A stretch of DNA of 20,000 nucleotides, taken from assembly GCA_001724265.1 (NCBI GenBank), contig MEDY01000122.1, positions 52,745-72,744 on the forward strand. Reading direction: 5' to 3'. The stretch comes from Rhizaria sp. SCN 62-66 (taxonomy: Eukaryota). Shown here piece after piece: positions 1 through 12,449 of the stretch. The position numbers were made by a program, and so were the translations under genes. A model generated the notes under the pieces. The model saw only the letters and a program-made list of their open reading frames with translations. It was not told where the DNA came from and ran no database searches. Position 1 is the stretch's first letter, and each line of letters opens with the position of its first letter.

Positions 1-1979
1 CTCCTTGCGCGCGTCAAGAGCAAGGACACGGCGCTGCGCGCGACGCTCGAGGCAGCCTTCACGGAGCAGGTCGCGGGGCTGCAGCACGAGACACTGCACG
101 CCATGGCCTCTCTGTTGGGAGGACCCAACTTCGACGGCACGGTGCTGGCGCTGCTGCAGGAGGCGGCAACTGGCGGGCCTGCGACTGCCGCAGCCGCGGC
201 CGAGGAGGCCAAGGCCGCCGCCGCCGCTGCCGCCGCCGCCGCCCGTGGCGGCAAGAGCAGCAGCAGCTGGTGGGGCCGCAAGGGCAAGCGCGAGGTGACG
301 GACGCGCTCACAGCCCGCAGCGCAGTCTTCTCCTGGGTCAACGCGCTGCTGTTGTCACCGGCGCCGGCCGTGCGCGACGTGGGCTTCCTGGCGCTGCACG
401 TGTTCATCTCGAGCAACAAGGCGCTGCTGCCCGCTTTCATCAACCAGTGCTACGCGAAGCAAGCTGCGCTCGGCCGCCGCTACTTCCTCGTCGTTGCGCG
501 CGTCATCCTGCTCTGTTACAGCGGCCACGACTTCGTTGATAACGCACTCGGCCGCAAGTCCCTCGCCAGCAGCCCCACGGGTGACCCCATGGGTACCGGG
601 AGTTACAGCAGCTTTCGCGAGCGCGGGTGGCATATCCCGCTCGACCTCGTGACTCACCTGGCCATTAACAAGCTCGGCGACGCCAGCTACAGCGTGCGTT
701 CGATGGCCCTGCGTCTGCTGCCGCTGCTCGAGCAGCACTTGTCCGAGCACGCCACTGCGCTCGGCCTGTCTAACGTCGCTGCATCGAGTGACCGTGAGCA
801 GCAGCAGCAGGGTGACCGTGAGCAGAGTGACTGTGAACAAGAGGAGGAGCAGCAGCAGTACGGTGGTCTGTTTGGATGGGACGCTGATATGAACTACATT
901 TCGAGTCACTACACCAACACCAACAACAGCAACAGCCGCAGCAGCTTCTACGTCAACAGCCACGGCAACTTTGCTGCCGACAACGAGGAGTGTAAGGGCG
1001 GCGACGAGGACGACTGTGAGGCTAAGAGTGCTGCCGAGGCTGCTGACACCGTTTGCTTGCAAGACGACGCTTACGGCGACGCTGCCCGCTTACGCGCAGA
1101 CGAACACTACTTAGAGCAGCAGGAGAGGTACTCAGAGCAGCAGCAGCAGCGTAAGAGTAAGAGCAAGAACAAGAAGAAGGCTGCCCGGTCTAAGTACCCC
1201 GCGCCCTCAGCGGCGCGTGTAAGGGGCGCCCCCGAGGACGTTCCCTTAGACTGCTTCGACCACGAGCCCTCGGCCATCCTCACCTCGCACCTGCCCGACA
1301 CGTACCTCAAGGTGCAGGTCTCCTGGTCGCGCCGGCTGGCCGGCAAGTTCTCCCACCTTGCGCTGCCGCTGCTGCAGGAGGTCGCGGTGCGGATCCACTT
1401 TGTGGCCACGGCGGCCGAGCAGCAGCAGCTGCTTGAGTACACGCGGCCCTGGCTCCAGCACATCGTGCTCACGAGCGCCGAACACTGCTTCCCGCCCAAG
1501 CCGTCCGCACTCTACGCAAACCCCCTCAGCACCAATGGCGCTGCTGTTGACGCTTCGAGCAACAACAGTCAGAACGTGCAATTCAATAACTTCGTTGAGA
1601 GTGCTGCTGATGGTGCATTTGCGGGCCCTGTTTTCTCGGTCCCGTCGCAGTCGACCTCGACGTGCGTGATCCTCAACGACGCCGACAGCGACGCCCTCAT
1701 CACCTGCCTGCTGGGTCTCATGTGCACGCTCGGTGGCCATTGCGCGCAGCAGCTCGACGGGCTCTGGACTGCACTCGTCTGCTCCACCTTCGCCGAGGAT
1801 ACCACGCCCAGCGCGTACGTCAAGTTCGTTTATAACCCCCTCTCTGTCTCTGCCTCTAACCCTCAGAGCAACACTGCTCGCATGAGTGATAGTGATGGCT
1901 CTGGTGCTAGCGCCAGCAACGGCGGGATGGAGGCCATTTTCGCAGAGGAGGAGCCTAGCAGCAACACAAACACTAACAG
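1..1979 (+). CDS. FRY: Furry/Tao3/MOR2 family cell-morphogenesis scaffold, internal exon, 5'-truncated by the window
   Basis: Frame is open from base 1 (LLARVKSKD...EQVAGLQHETLHAMASLLGGPNFD), so ATG 103 is internal. Motifs match recalled plant/protist Furry blocks: AMASLLGGPNFD (cf. AMASLLYGPCFD), LLPAFINQCY...YFLVVARV (cf. LFPACIDQCY...YFSVLAEV), LAINKLGDASYSVRSMALRLL, HLPDTYLKVQVSWSRRLA...LLQEV...QQQLLEYTRPWLQHI (cf. NLPDSYQQFQYKLSCKLA...HQVLTCMAPWIENL). Exon ends AG|GTACGC at 1979/1980. Confidence 0.88.
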
Positions 1980-2099
1980 GTACGCATTATTTTTCAGTCA
2001 AACGTCACTTTAAAATCACAATTATTCGCATTTCCGTTGAATATCTTCTCACAGTAGATTATGCTTTCCTTGTTTTTGTTATATCTCTTCTCCTTATAG
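1980..2099 (+). other. Spliceosomal GT-AG intron, 120 nt, phase 2
   Basis: Donor GTACGC at 1980, AT-rich body with in-frame TAA (2011-2013), pyrimidine tract and TTATAG acceptor ending 2099. Splicing joins AG+G (Arg) and fuses ORFs 103..2013 and 2107..10812 in frame (...TNTNR-RDVFKMQN...). Confidence 0.9.
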
Positions 2100-5000
2100 G
2101 CGCGATGTGTTCAAGATGCAGAACACCGCGGTTGTTCTGACGCACCTGCTGCTCACCGTGAGCGGCCGCGTCCATGGCCGCTTCGACAACACGTTGCTCC
2201 AGGCCTGCAAGTCGGTCACTCTGTACCTCTCGCGCGCGTGCCCGCTCTACGTGCTCAACGCGCTGGCCCTGCAGGTAACGCCCAACAGCCTGTTCGAGGC
2301 CGGCATTCCCCCGCCTCCGCATAGTAGCAGCGGCGACGCGGCGACCGCGACGTTCTCATCGGTCGCCCATCTCTACGCAAGCAACGGCAACGCTGCCGCT
2401 GAGAGCGACTCGAGTGAGACCGCTATTGTTACCGCTGCTTCTGCGTCTGCGCCTGCTACGAGTTCCAGCAGTTACTCCACCACTGCTGGCCTCTCTAGCT
2501 TCAGCCCCCGCAACTCCGCTAACTCCAGCGCCCCCGGCTCTCACATCGCCGCCGCCGTCGCCGCCCTGAGCAGCGGCGGCGCCGGCGTGGCCGCGGCCGC
2601 GGGCTCCGCCGCGCCCCGCGTGGACTGCGCAGCCGACCTCATGACCGTGGGCGCCAGCGCCTTCACCACGACGGCGCGCTCGACGGACGTCGCCGCCATC
2701 GCCGCCACGGTGCCGTACACGGCGCCTGTCGCGGCCGCCGCGGCAGACGGGCCACAGGGGCCCGGTTTGCTGTTCTCGCCGACAGCGGCCGCCGCCACTG
2801 CCAATACCAGTGCGCACACGCGCAACGCCGTCAACAGTCACTTGAAGTTCACCTTTGCCCCGACGACGACTGCTGGTGCTGCTGCTGCTGCTCCCGGCGA
2901 CTTTGCAGGCAGCAGCGTTGCCGCAACCTACGACGTCCTGGTCAACTCCCCGAACCCCTCCGCCGGACTCGAGGCCTTCACCGTGACGTCCTCGACGGCC
3001 TACGGCAACTACTTCCCCGGCGAGGCAGTGTACATGTCCCCCTCGACGCTCGCACTGTCGCTGCTCATCGACTCCGTGTACGAGCTCTCGCTCCCCGCCG
3101 CCGCCGCTGGGCTGTCCGCAGACACGGCCGCGCTTGAGGCAGGCGCGAGCTATCTTCTGAACAACAACAACAGCAACGGGAGTAACAGCGTGACGGCGGC
3201 GTTCTCCGCGCTATTCCGCCGGGCAGTCTGCGGCCGCAACACGAGCGGCGTGAACACCACCGCCAGCAACGGCTGCGGCTACTACAACAACATCAGCAAC
3301 AACACGAAGGGCGGCGCAAGCGAGAGTGAGAATAGCGGGTGTGTATTGGGCGACAGCTGGTCTCGCCAGCCCGTCTACAGTGCCGCTGCGCTCTTCGAGC
3401 TGCCAACGCTGACCGAGTGCTTGGTGCAGATCTTACACATCGGCGTCCAGGGCTTGGCGGCGCACAACAAGCTCATCGTGCGGCACCACTGCGCAATGCT
3501 GCTTGTGAATCTCACGCACGCCGTCACCTCGCTGCCCCCCATCAAGAGCGCTCACGGACAGTTTGTCGGCTCTGCTGCTCACGGCCACCCCGCCACTGCC
3601 GCCGCTGGTGCGACTATTGGTGGGGGCTACACTGGCGAGCGCGGGGCGTTCGTGCGCGTGCAGCAGCTCAAGGCACAGGCCTCGGCCCGCAAGCAAGGCG
3701 TCACCATGCTGCTCTGCGGGTACCTCGACTCTCTGCTCAAGACCACGGTGGACGATGTGAGCGCGACGATCGCCTTCACGCCGCGCTGCTGGGACATCGC
3801 GCTGCTCTACGACGCTAGCACCAGCGCGCAGACCGCCACCGCCGCGGCCGCCGCGCTCAAGGCCGGTGCGCGCAATCTAAGTACCCCGGCCACCGGTCTA
3901 AGTGCTGGCGCCCCGGTGCCCGACGCCGCAAGTGTGTCTGCGCAGTCCCCCGCCATCACCGTTGACGACGCGTCCTTGACCTCGCGCGTGACACGCTTGC
4001 TGCTCTCGGTCCTCGCCGACGCCGGTCTCTCACAGGCGCAGCTGGCCTTCTGCTGGGGCCATCTCGCGCTGCGCTGGGCGCTGGCGTCGCGCCACCCGCA
4101 GGCCAAGCTGCGCGCGCTCGACGTGTACCGCAACGCACAGCCGCAGTTCCAGCCCTCGGCGCTGCCGCTGCTGGCCCAGCTGCTGGCGCAGACGGCCGCC
4201 GGCACGCCCACCGGGCTGCTCGACGACAGCGTAGAGGGCTGCCTCCGCCGCGCCTGCGCCCCGCTCCTGGGTAACGTTAACTCTAATGATGCGAACTGTG
4301 GCGCTGCGAGCAGCAGCAACGCCGTCACAGTCACGGAAGCGTTTGTGGTTACTCGCGCGCTCGAAGACGCCCTGCAATACGACCGTCGCCGGCTCTTGAT
4401 CGCTGCTACCAGTGTGCCTCAGCTCACCCCTGCCGCAAACGCGTCATCTGCGAGTACATCCACGGGTTCTGACAGCTATAGTAGCAACAACGGCGGTGTC
4501 ACATCCCCGCGTGTTGCTCTGGCCAACCGCATGTCCTCTCTGTCGCTCTCCGACGTCAGCAGCAGCGTCCGCGCCCTGTTGGCCGCCGCTGGCCGTCTCC
4601 CGGCCGGCCGCGCCGAGGTGGCAGCGCTGGGCGCCGGCTTGGGCGCGGCGGCGGGGGCCGTGGACTGGGTCCTGGTGTCCAACACCGTGGGCGCAATGCA
4701 GCACCTGCTGGCGACTGCGCCGGCGGCAGTCATGAGCATCACCAACCACACGCTCGTCGCCGATAGTGACAAGGCGGGGGAGAGCGAGGCGCCGATAACG
4801 CTCATGGGCTGGTGCTCCCTCGCTTCCACTCTGCAGTCGCGCACGAGTGTTGCGGGAGCCACCGCCGCTGTGAGTGCCAAAGCTGTCGCTGCGCACAGGA
4901 CCCGCGCCCTCGGCAAGCTCATTACCGTCGCCGCGGCCTTCCGCGCTGTGCTGTGGTCCGCCGTCGGCCTCATGCGGCTTGACTTGCACACCGACCCCGC

Positions 5001-8000
5001 CGATAATAGTCGCGGCATGCTGCAGTCGCCCGTCTTCCCGCCCGCCTTCACCGCCGGCGCGAGGCTGCTGTCCGCGTTCGTCGACTCGCCGCTCACCACG
5101 CTGCACCCCGTCACGGCCAGCAGCGCGCACAGCGCATACGTCACCTCTCTGAACAGCAACAGTAACAGCAGCAGTACTGGCGCATTGATGGCGCTCACGA
5201 ACAACCGCCGGTGGGCGGTCGCGACGGCCTTCACCCAATTCCTGCAGTGGCACGCCGTGGCGCCGCCCGCGGAGCTGCTGGCGGTTCTCAGCGACAACAA
5301 CGGTGCCGCGCCGCTGCTGGCCGCCGGCGGCGTCCGGACGGCCACCGCGGTCGCCCGGTCCCGCCTGTCGCTCGCGGGCGCCGCAGCCAGCATGCAACAG
5401 TTCCAGTACCAGAACAACAACAGCAGCGGCAACGGAAGCGGCGGCTCCTCGAGTAACGGTGTTGCGCCGATGGCGTTCGCGTTCACCGGGCTGCACGCGC
5501 TGCTGATGCGCGGTGTGAGCACACTTAATACGCACGTCCGCGCCGTCGCCGCGCACAGTTTGCTGTCGCTGTGGTCCGCGCCCCCGACCCTGCTCACGGT
5601 CACCGACGTGGCCTACTTCGACAAGACGCCCTTCCACACCGCGGGCACCGCCGCGGCCGCCGTTACTGCGCTCGCGCAGAGCAACGGAAGCCAGGCCGCG
5701 CTGGGGGCGGCTTACCTTAACGTCGAGACGCTGCTGCCGCAGACCGCGGTGGTGACGGCGACTGTGGAGCAGTTCAACATCGCTGCCCCGCTTCTGCTGC
5801 GCCAGACGCCCGCCTTCTTGGCGCTCGTCACTGCGATTCCTCTGCTGATGCACGCGTTGTCCGAGCCCCGATCCTCGCTGCACGTGTTCAGCGACTTGTA
5901 CGTGCCGGCCACCTCCGCCACCCATAACCCCACCGCTGCGACCGCTAATAACAGCGGCGGCAACGCCGTGTACGTGAGTGGGCCCCAGAGGTCCAAGGCC
6001 GTCGCCGCCAAGGCTGCCGCCCACCAGTCCTCTCTCGCGAACAGCAACGGCAAGAACACCTCCGCCGTTGGTGTTTCGACCGAGAGTGGTTTCTTTGGCG
6101 TGGCCACACACAGCATCCATGACCCCTTTGCGACGGCCACGCTCGTGTCGCTCGCGGCGGGGCTGGCCGAGGCCCTGGCCAAGACGCCCAACGGCGCCGG
6201 GCTGCCCACTGCGCTGCACTCGGTCAACCTCACGCTGTGCCCCAACACCGCCGCTGCCCAGCGCAACGGCAGCAAGAGCAGCAGCTACAGCAACAGCTGC
6301 GTGAGCGGCCACAGCAACGCAGTGCACTACTCGCAGCTGGCGGTTATCCGCGCCGGCTCTGTGCCGCCGCTGCTGGCCTCGACGCTGCTAGCGCTGTCTC
6401 TGGCGGCCAAGGCCCGCGGGCTCGCCTTCGCGCTCGACGAGGTTGAGCTCAGCGCGGTCTTCGCGGCCTACTGCGAGAACGAGTACTACGAGCTCAAGTT
6501 CGTGCCTTTCTCCAACGACCAGGACGTGGCGCCCGACGACTCGTCGCTGCGTCGCCAGGCGGTCTATTTCTCGCGCACCCATAGTACGGGGGTGGGGGGC
6601 CGCGCACATGCCGCGAATGCGGCCGCCGCAGACCGTTCCCGTGCTCTGCTGTCGCCGACCGCTTCGGCGGCACTGACGTCGCCGCTGGCCTCTGCGTCGT
6701 TCTCGTTCTTCCCGTCCAATTCCACGTCCATCTCGAGCTCTCTTTCCTCGTCCAACGCGAAGTCTTCAGCGGCATCGTCGTCGAAGTACCCCCTTGGTGC
6801 TTCCTCTGCTTTGCCCCCCGCAGGCTACACGGCTTACACTCACAGCGACGACACGGCGGGCGGCCTAACTTCCGCCGGCGGCCTCTCCGTCCCGCCCGCG
6901 GCGCGCTTCCTGCAGGACGCGGGCGCTGTGCTGGCCGAGGCGCTGGCGTCGCTGCAGGTCTCGGCGTCGTCCCGCCTCACCAAGACCACGGCCGTCACGA
7001 CGGTGCTGACCGCCTGCGCGAGTCTGCTGGAGCCGCTGCTGCGGCCGGTGCACTCGCTCGCGCTGCTCGACGACCCGCACTACCACAACAACGCGAGCGG
7101 CACCCGCGCCGCCGCAAACGGCCGCCATGGCTTCGGCTCCGGCTCCGCAGGCCCCGCGGTCGGCACCGACGGTGTCTTCCGTCTCCCGACCGCTTTATCG
7201 TCGCTGTCTGTGCCCAGCGCGCTCGCACTGCTCCACACGCTCGGTGCGGGCTCGGCCGCCACGGCCGCGTCGCTGCGCGCGTCCGCCACCGCCTACCTCG
7301 GCCAGCTCCAGCAGCAGCAGCAACAGGCTAACAACATCAACGACTCTAGCGCGAGCACGAGTATGAGCGTGAACGCCAGCGTCAACACTGCGACTGCGAT
7401 GCTGCTTTCGGCGCTGGATCCTTCTCTGGCGCGCGCGCTGGCCGTCAGCGGCCCCGGCGACGAGCTTCTGGCGCTGCACACACTGCGCTTTGAGGCCCAC
7501 CAGACCGAGCTGCTGTACGCGATCATGGCGCACTCTGACTGGGGCTCGCCCATCTCTATCGACTCCGCGAACACGGCCAACAGCAGCAACGCGGTGGTCG
7601 TCGCGAGCGGCAGAGCGGGCAGCACGCGCAGCTCCGTCAGCGGCAGCGGCGCCGTCACTGGGGCGGGCGCGTCCCGCCTGGCCGAGGCCGCGGCCGCGGG
7701 CGCGCTCTTCCACGAGCTGGGCGAGCTTCTGGCCACGGCCGGCTGGCGGTCGATCGACCGCGTGCTCTCGCTCGCCGTGCGCACCAACACGGCCTCGGCC
7801 AGCAGCAGCACCGATCACGGCGACGGCGCGCGCGGCGGCTCCAGCACCGAGGTCGAGGACGGGCTGCGGTCGCGCCGCTACCTGGCCCACGTGGCCATGT
7901 CCGCGCCGGGCACGTACACCACCAGCGTGGGCTTCGCGACGCAGCAGGCGGCGTCGGTGGCCGCGCAGCTCGAGACGGCGCGCGTGGCTTGCCACAGCAA

Positions 8001-10812
8001 GGCGCTTGCCCGCAGTGCCAAGCAGCAGAGCGACGTAATGCGCCGCCGCTCGCTCGCGTTTAATAACAGCGACAACAGCAGCGGCAACGGTGCTAACACC
8101 CCGAACGCTGCTGCGAAGCTGAGCACGCGTGCTGTCGTCGTCGACGGCGCCGACGACGGCGACGACGTTGGCGTGGGCGAGGTCGTGGCTACCGGCGTCC
8201 GCCGCAACCGCGCCAGGTTTTCGCTGGCGCCCGCCGCGGCCAACTTCAGCGCCTTCGACGGCAAGGAGCAGCGCAAGCCCGATGCCGAAGAGGAGGACGA
8301 GGAGGACGGTGTCGGCGTGCCAACTGCGCACAGCAACCTGACGAAGCCGCCTAAGTCCCACGGCGCACAGCCGCAGCAGAGGCCCATGAGACCGACTCCG
8401 CCCGTGCCTGTCCGTCGCCGCCCGGCCCCCGCGATTCCGTCTACCGCGAACGCTGCTATCGATGAGAGCAACAGCGAGTTGACCGACACCATTCTCAACA
8501 GCTTGAATGTCGGCGCCGGAAGCAATGCAGTCGTTACCACGACCAACAAGGGTTCGACAGTCACCGTCACTGTCACGGCCACTCTGTCCCCGCGTGCGAA
8601 CGCGGCCAATGGCGCCAGCAGCGGGCATACCAAGGGCAAGAACAACTTCAACATCACGAGCGTCAACAGCGTCGTCACCGACAACAACAACGGCGCCGTC
8701 ATTGCCACCACGAATAACAACAATAATACCGCTCACACTAATACTGGCGCTAGTGGCTTCCTGAACGCCACCGCCCCAGCGAGTGGAATGAAGAAGCGTG
8801 GTGTCGCCCTGGCCCCTGTGACCGTGGACTCCGACTCCGAGGCCGAGACGGAGCCCGTCCCCCGCCTGCATACTATGGGCCTCGACCCCGCACCCGAGTA
8901 CGACGACATTGACGCGATTGCGTACGCGCAGCAGCAGGCGGTGGCGGCGGCGGCCGCGGCGGCTGCTGCGATGACGGAGCAGCAGCGCCAGAACCAGGCG
9001 TACCACACCGCGAACTACTCGAGCGACCACGTCAGCAGCGCCACCGCGAGCGCTACTGCTGGCGGCCCTGAGTATGCTGACGACGGCGACTATGAGCACA
9101 AGGAGCAAGACGAGGAGTACTACTCCGACCACGAAGACACTGGCTATGACCAGGATCAGGACCAGGAGGCTGAGGCTGAGTCTGAGGATGAGGCCGTGCT
9201 GGCGCTGGTGCAGTCGTCGGCGTTGTCCAGGTCGCGTCGGTCGCTGCTGATGTCCGAGCAGCAGCGCGCTGACATGGAGGCCGAGGCCGCCGCCGCCGCT
9301 GCCGCCGCCGTCGCCGCCGTCAAGGCCCGGGCGCAGCAGGCGCAGGCTCAGTCTCGCGCTCATGCCCAGGCCCAACAGCAGCAGCAGCAGGATTACGCCG
9401 ACTATGACGATGAGGAAGATGCCGGCAGCGAGGCCGAGGCCGAGGCGGCGCTGCGGGCCCGCGAGGCCAACCGTGACAGCTACCTGGACCAGCTTATGGT
9501 GTCACCCCGCAGCCACCACACTGGCGGCGGCCGCCACGGCCACCACAACAACAGCGGCAGATACTACAACAACAACGACGACGACGACGACGCTGACCAG
9601 GACGGCGACTGCGACGAGAACGACGTGAATGCCCACTTACACGATGTAAGTATCAGCGGGCTCGACGACAGCTCGGTCGATCCGGACACCGTGATCTCAT
9701 TCGCCAACGCCATCGCAGACGCGATGAAGGCCATCACCAACACCGCCGCCACCAACAACAGCAACGGCAGAAACAGCGGCAACGCCGGCTCTAGAGCCAG
9801 CGCCAGAAACCCGTCCGCCAAGGCCAACGCTCCCGCTGCGACTACCCGGGCGAACGCAGCCTCCGTCAAACTTGCCGCTGCTACTGGCGCTGGCTCTAGC
9901 GCTGCTGGCAAGAGCGCGAGCGCCCGGGCGGCGGCCGTTGCGGCGCGGCAGCAGCAGCAGCAGGCTTTGATCAAGGCCAACAAGCAGAAGGCCGGCGCCG
10001 GCGCCCCTGCGGCCCCCGCGGCGGCAGCCGCTGCTGCCCCCGCTGGCGCCGGCCCCAGCATGCTGACCGCGGAGCAGAAGCGTGCAATGATGATTGTCCG
10101 CAACGCACTCAGCCCCCGCCCCAATAACAACAGCGGCAACAGCAGCAGTGGCAGTGGCAGTGGCAATGCGAGTGCGGGCGTGCCTCGCGTGGCCAATCTC
10201 GCCAGCACGCGCACTGCGGCGGTGCAGCACACGCACAACGCCCACGCCGCTAGCAGCAGCAACGGCAACATCAACGGCAGCAGCACTGGCGCTGGCACTC
10301 CGTACAAGTCGCCGCTGATGCGCCCCGCCTCGGGCAACACACACGGCTCGCCGGCGCCCGCCTACAGCAGCAGCAGCGGCAGCGGCGGTAGTAACAGCAA
10401 CGTCAGCGCTGTTGCGAGCCGCAGTGCTGCCCTGGCCGCGGGCCGCAGCGCCAACGCAGGCGCCGCGAACGGCAACGCGCGTGTGGTGCCGTTGTCGTTC
10501 AACGGCAACAACAGCGCTGCCTCGGCTAGCGCGAGCAGCAACAGCCGTCTTAAATCCCCTGCACCGGCGCCTGCCACCGCCGGTGTTGGCAGCAGCTCGA
10601 GTGCGGGCGCCGTCAAGTCCCCGCTGCTGGCGGCTATGCGCGCGGCCAAGAAGGAGCCGGGCAATCCTCAGCAGCAGCAACAACAGCAGCAACAGCAAGG
10701 CGGCAATGTGCGCCGTATGGGTGGCACTGGCCTCACGGCGAGCTATCAAGAGTTGGAGGCGCAGCTGAGGGGCGCGGGGCACCTCGATCTTGGCCCTCCC
10801 CCACAGAAGTAA
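2100..10812 (+). CDS. FRY: Furry/Tao3/MOR2 family protein, terminal exon (about 2,900 aa, conserved blocks separated by long low-complexity insertions, disordered C-terminal tail)
   Basis: Uninterrupted frame with strong GC3 bias, ending at TAA 10810-10812. Furry-like blocks: NTAVVLTHLL...ACKSVTLYLSR, LVQILHIGV...IVRHHCAMLLVNL, WGHLALRWALASRHPQAKLRALDVYRNAQP (cf. WGAEALKWAMECTSRHLACRSHQIYRALRP), VLWSAVGLM. Confidence 0.85.
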
Positions 10813-11308
10813 GGGCGGAGACACTTGAGTATAATGTTTAAGAAGTACACGTACTTCATCATCATCATTTGCTTTGCGGCTCGCGAGTCCTTTGAATTTG
10901 TTTTGTTTATAGTTTTGTTTGATAATACGTTTACAAAAAGCGAGATGCAAGCTGTCGATAATACGATTATATAATCTTGAGGAATAAGACACATCGACGA
11001 TGATCTCGAAAAGAAAGATTATGATGATGGCGAAGTTTGATTATTATGATAATGATGACAGATCGTTTGTTGCATCAATATGAGAAAAGAAGAGAATTAA
11101 CATGTAAAAATACAGTTCTATTGTTTACGACGTTAAAAAAATTGTTCAGAGGGCGTGAAGGTACGCTAAGAAAATGAAAATAAATCTATGTATTGTGTGA
11201 TATTTAAGTAAACAAGTCAAGCACGTTACTGTCCTTGCAGCAACGATTCTATGTAAACTAAGCTAATTCTAAGAGTAAATCGGAACTGATTAATGTTCAA
11301 AGTTGTAA
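10813..11308. other. AT-rich spacer (about 500 bp) between convergent genes, containing both 3' UTR/termination regions
   Basis: Sharp drop in GC between TAA 10812 (+) and TGA 11309-11311 (-); no credible coding frame. Confidence 0.75.
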
Positions 11309-12416
11309 TCACTCATATTCCTCGTCATCATTATTTTGAAAATACTGCATGAGAGCGTCAACGTAACTGATAGAGCCATCTCCGTCAGATTTGTCGCCAC
11401 TCTCGGTGTTATTGGCGTCATCGGCGGCCGTGTTGATGTTCGCCTCGAGATAGTCACCGTCATTGCCGTCGTCATCATCGTCGTATTCGCCGTGGACGTT
11501 GTTATTGTCGTTGCCATCCAAAGCAGCGGCGTCAGCGTTGCTGTCGTCGTTGTGGCTCTGAGTGGTGATGTCAGTTGTGCTGCTGTCGTTCGCATAGCGA
11601 GACCGTTTAACGACAGCACCACTCTCATTCACATCAGATTCACCGAAACCTGTCTCACCGGCAGTGTTATCACTGCTTTGGTCGAGCGCACGCTTAGAAC
11701 GACTATTGGCGGACGCAACATGGGTGCTAGCGTTCCCATGATTAGCATAAACAGGGCCGACAACAAGCCTCGCAGGCGACAGTCCGTTGTAAACGTCAGC
11801 CATACTGTTGCTGGCGCCCCCATCGTCGTCACCAGGCAAGGGCGGCGTCAGACTGGGAACAGCCCTGCCACTCACCGGGGCAGCAACCAGACTCGCCGCC
11901 GAAACAGGCGCGCTCAGCCCGGTCCTCGGCGTCGTCCCGCCTGTGCCCGCGCCCGGCTTGAGCGCCCCCGGGGGTGTCGCCGTATTGCGCAAGGCGCCGA
12001 GCCCAATCGGCGAGACGGACAGCTGCGTCCTGAACCGCGGCAACAGCGTGCCACTGTTGGTGGCGCTTCCGCTCCCAGTGGCCCCAGCAGCCGCAGCACC
12101 GCCGGCGCCCGCGGGGGCGTTGACGCTCGGGCTCGAGGTCGCGCTCACGCCGACTGCGGACGCCGGCGGCGTGAGGCTGTTGCCGTTGGTAGGCGGGGTA
12201 TAGACCGCGGCGGTCGCGGCGTTGGCGCTGTGCTTAGACGCGTCTAAGTGGCTGGCCTGCGGCGGTGTCAGAGCAGGCGTTACGATCAACGTAGGGGTGC
12301 TAGAGCCGTTGTCACTGGCAGCGCTAGAGTTAGAATTTGAAATAGAGCGACTACCGCAAATGTGGGTTGTACTGCTGGTCGGCGTTTGTGCTCGCTGAGC
12401 CCGCTGCTGCTGCTGA

Positions 12417-12449
<33 letters not shown>

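Noticed and set aside
103-2107. ATG 103 and GTG 2107 as starts of two separate genes
   Set aside because: The frame is open upstream of 103 with Furry similarity, and a clean intron joins the two ORFs.
4444-10992. Long antisense ORFs (627, 375, 726, 431 aa and others) opposite FRY
   Set aside because: Shadow ORFs expected from high GC3 and low-complexity sense codons; no recognisable domains.
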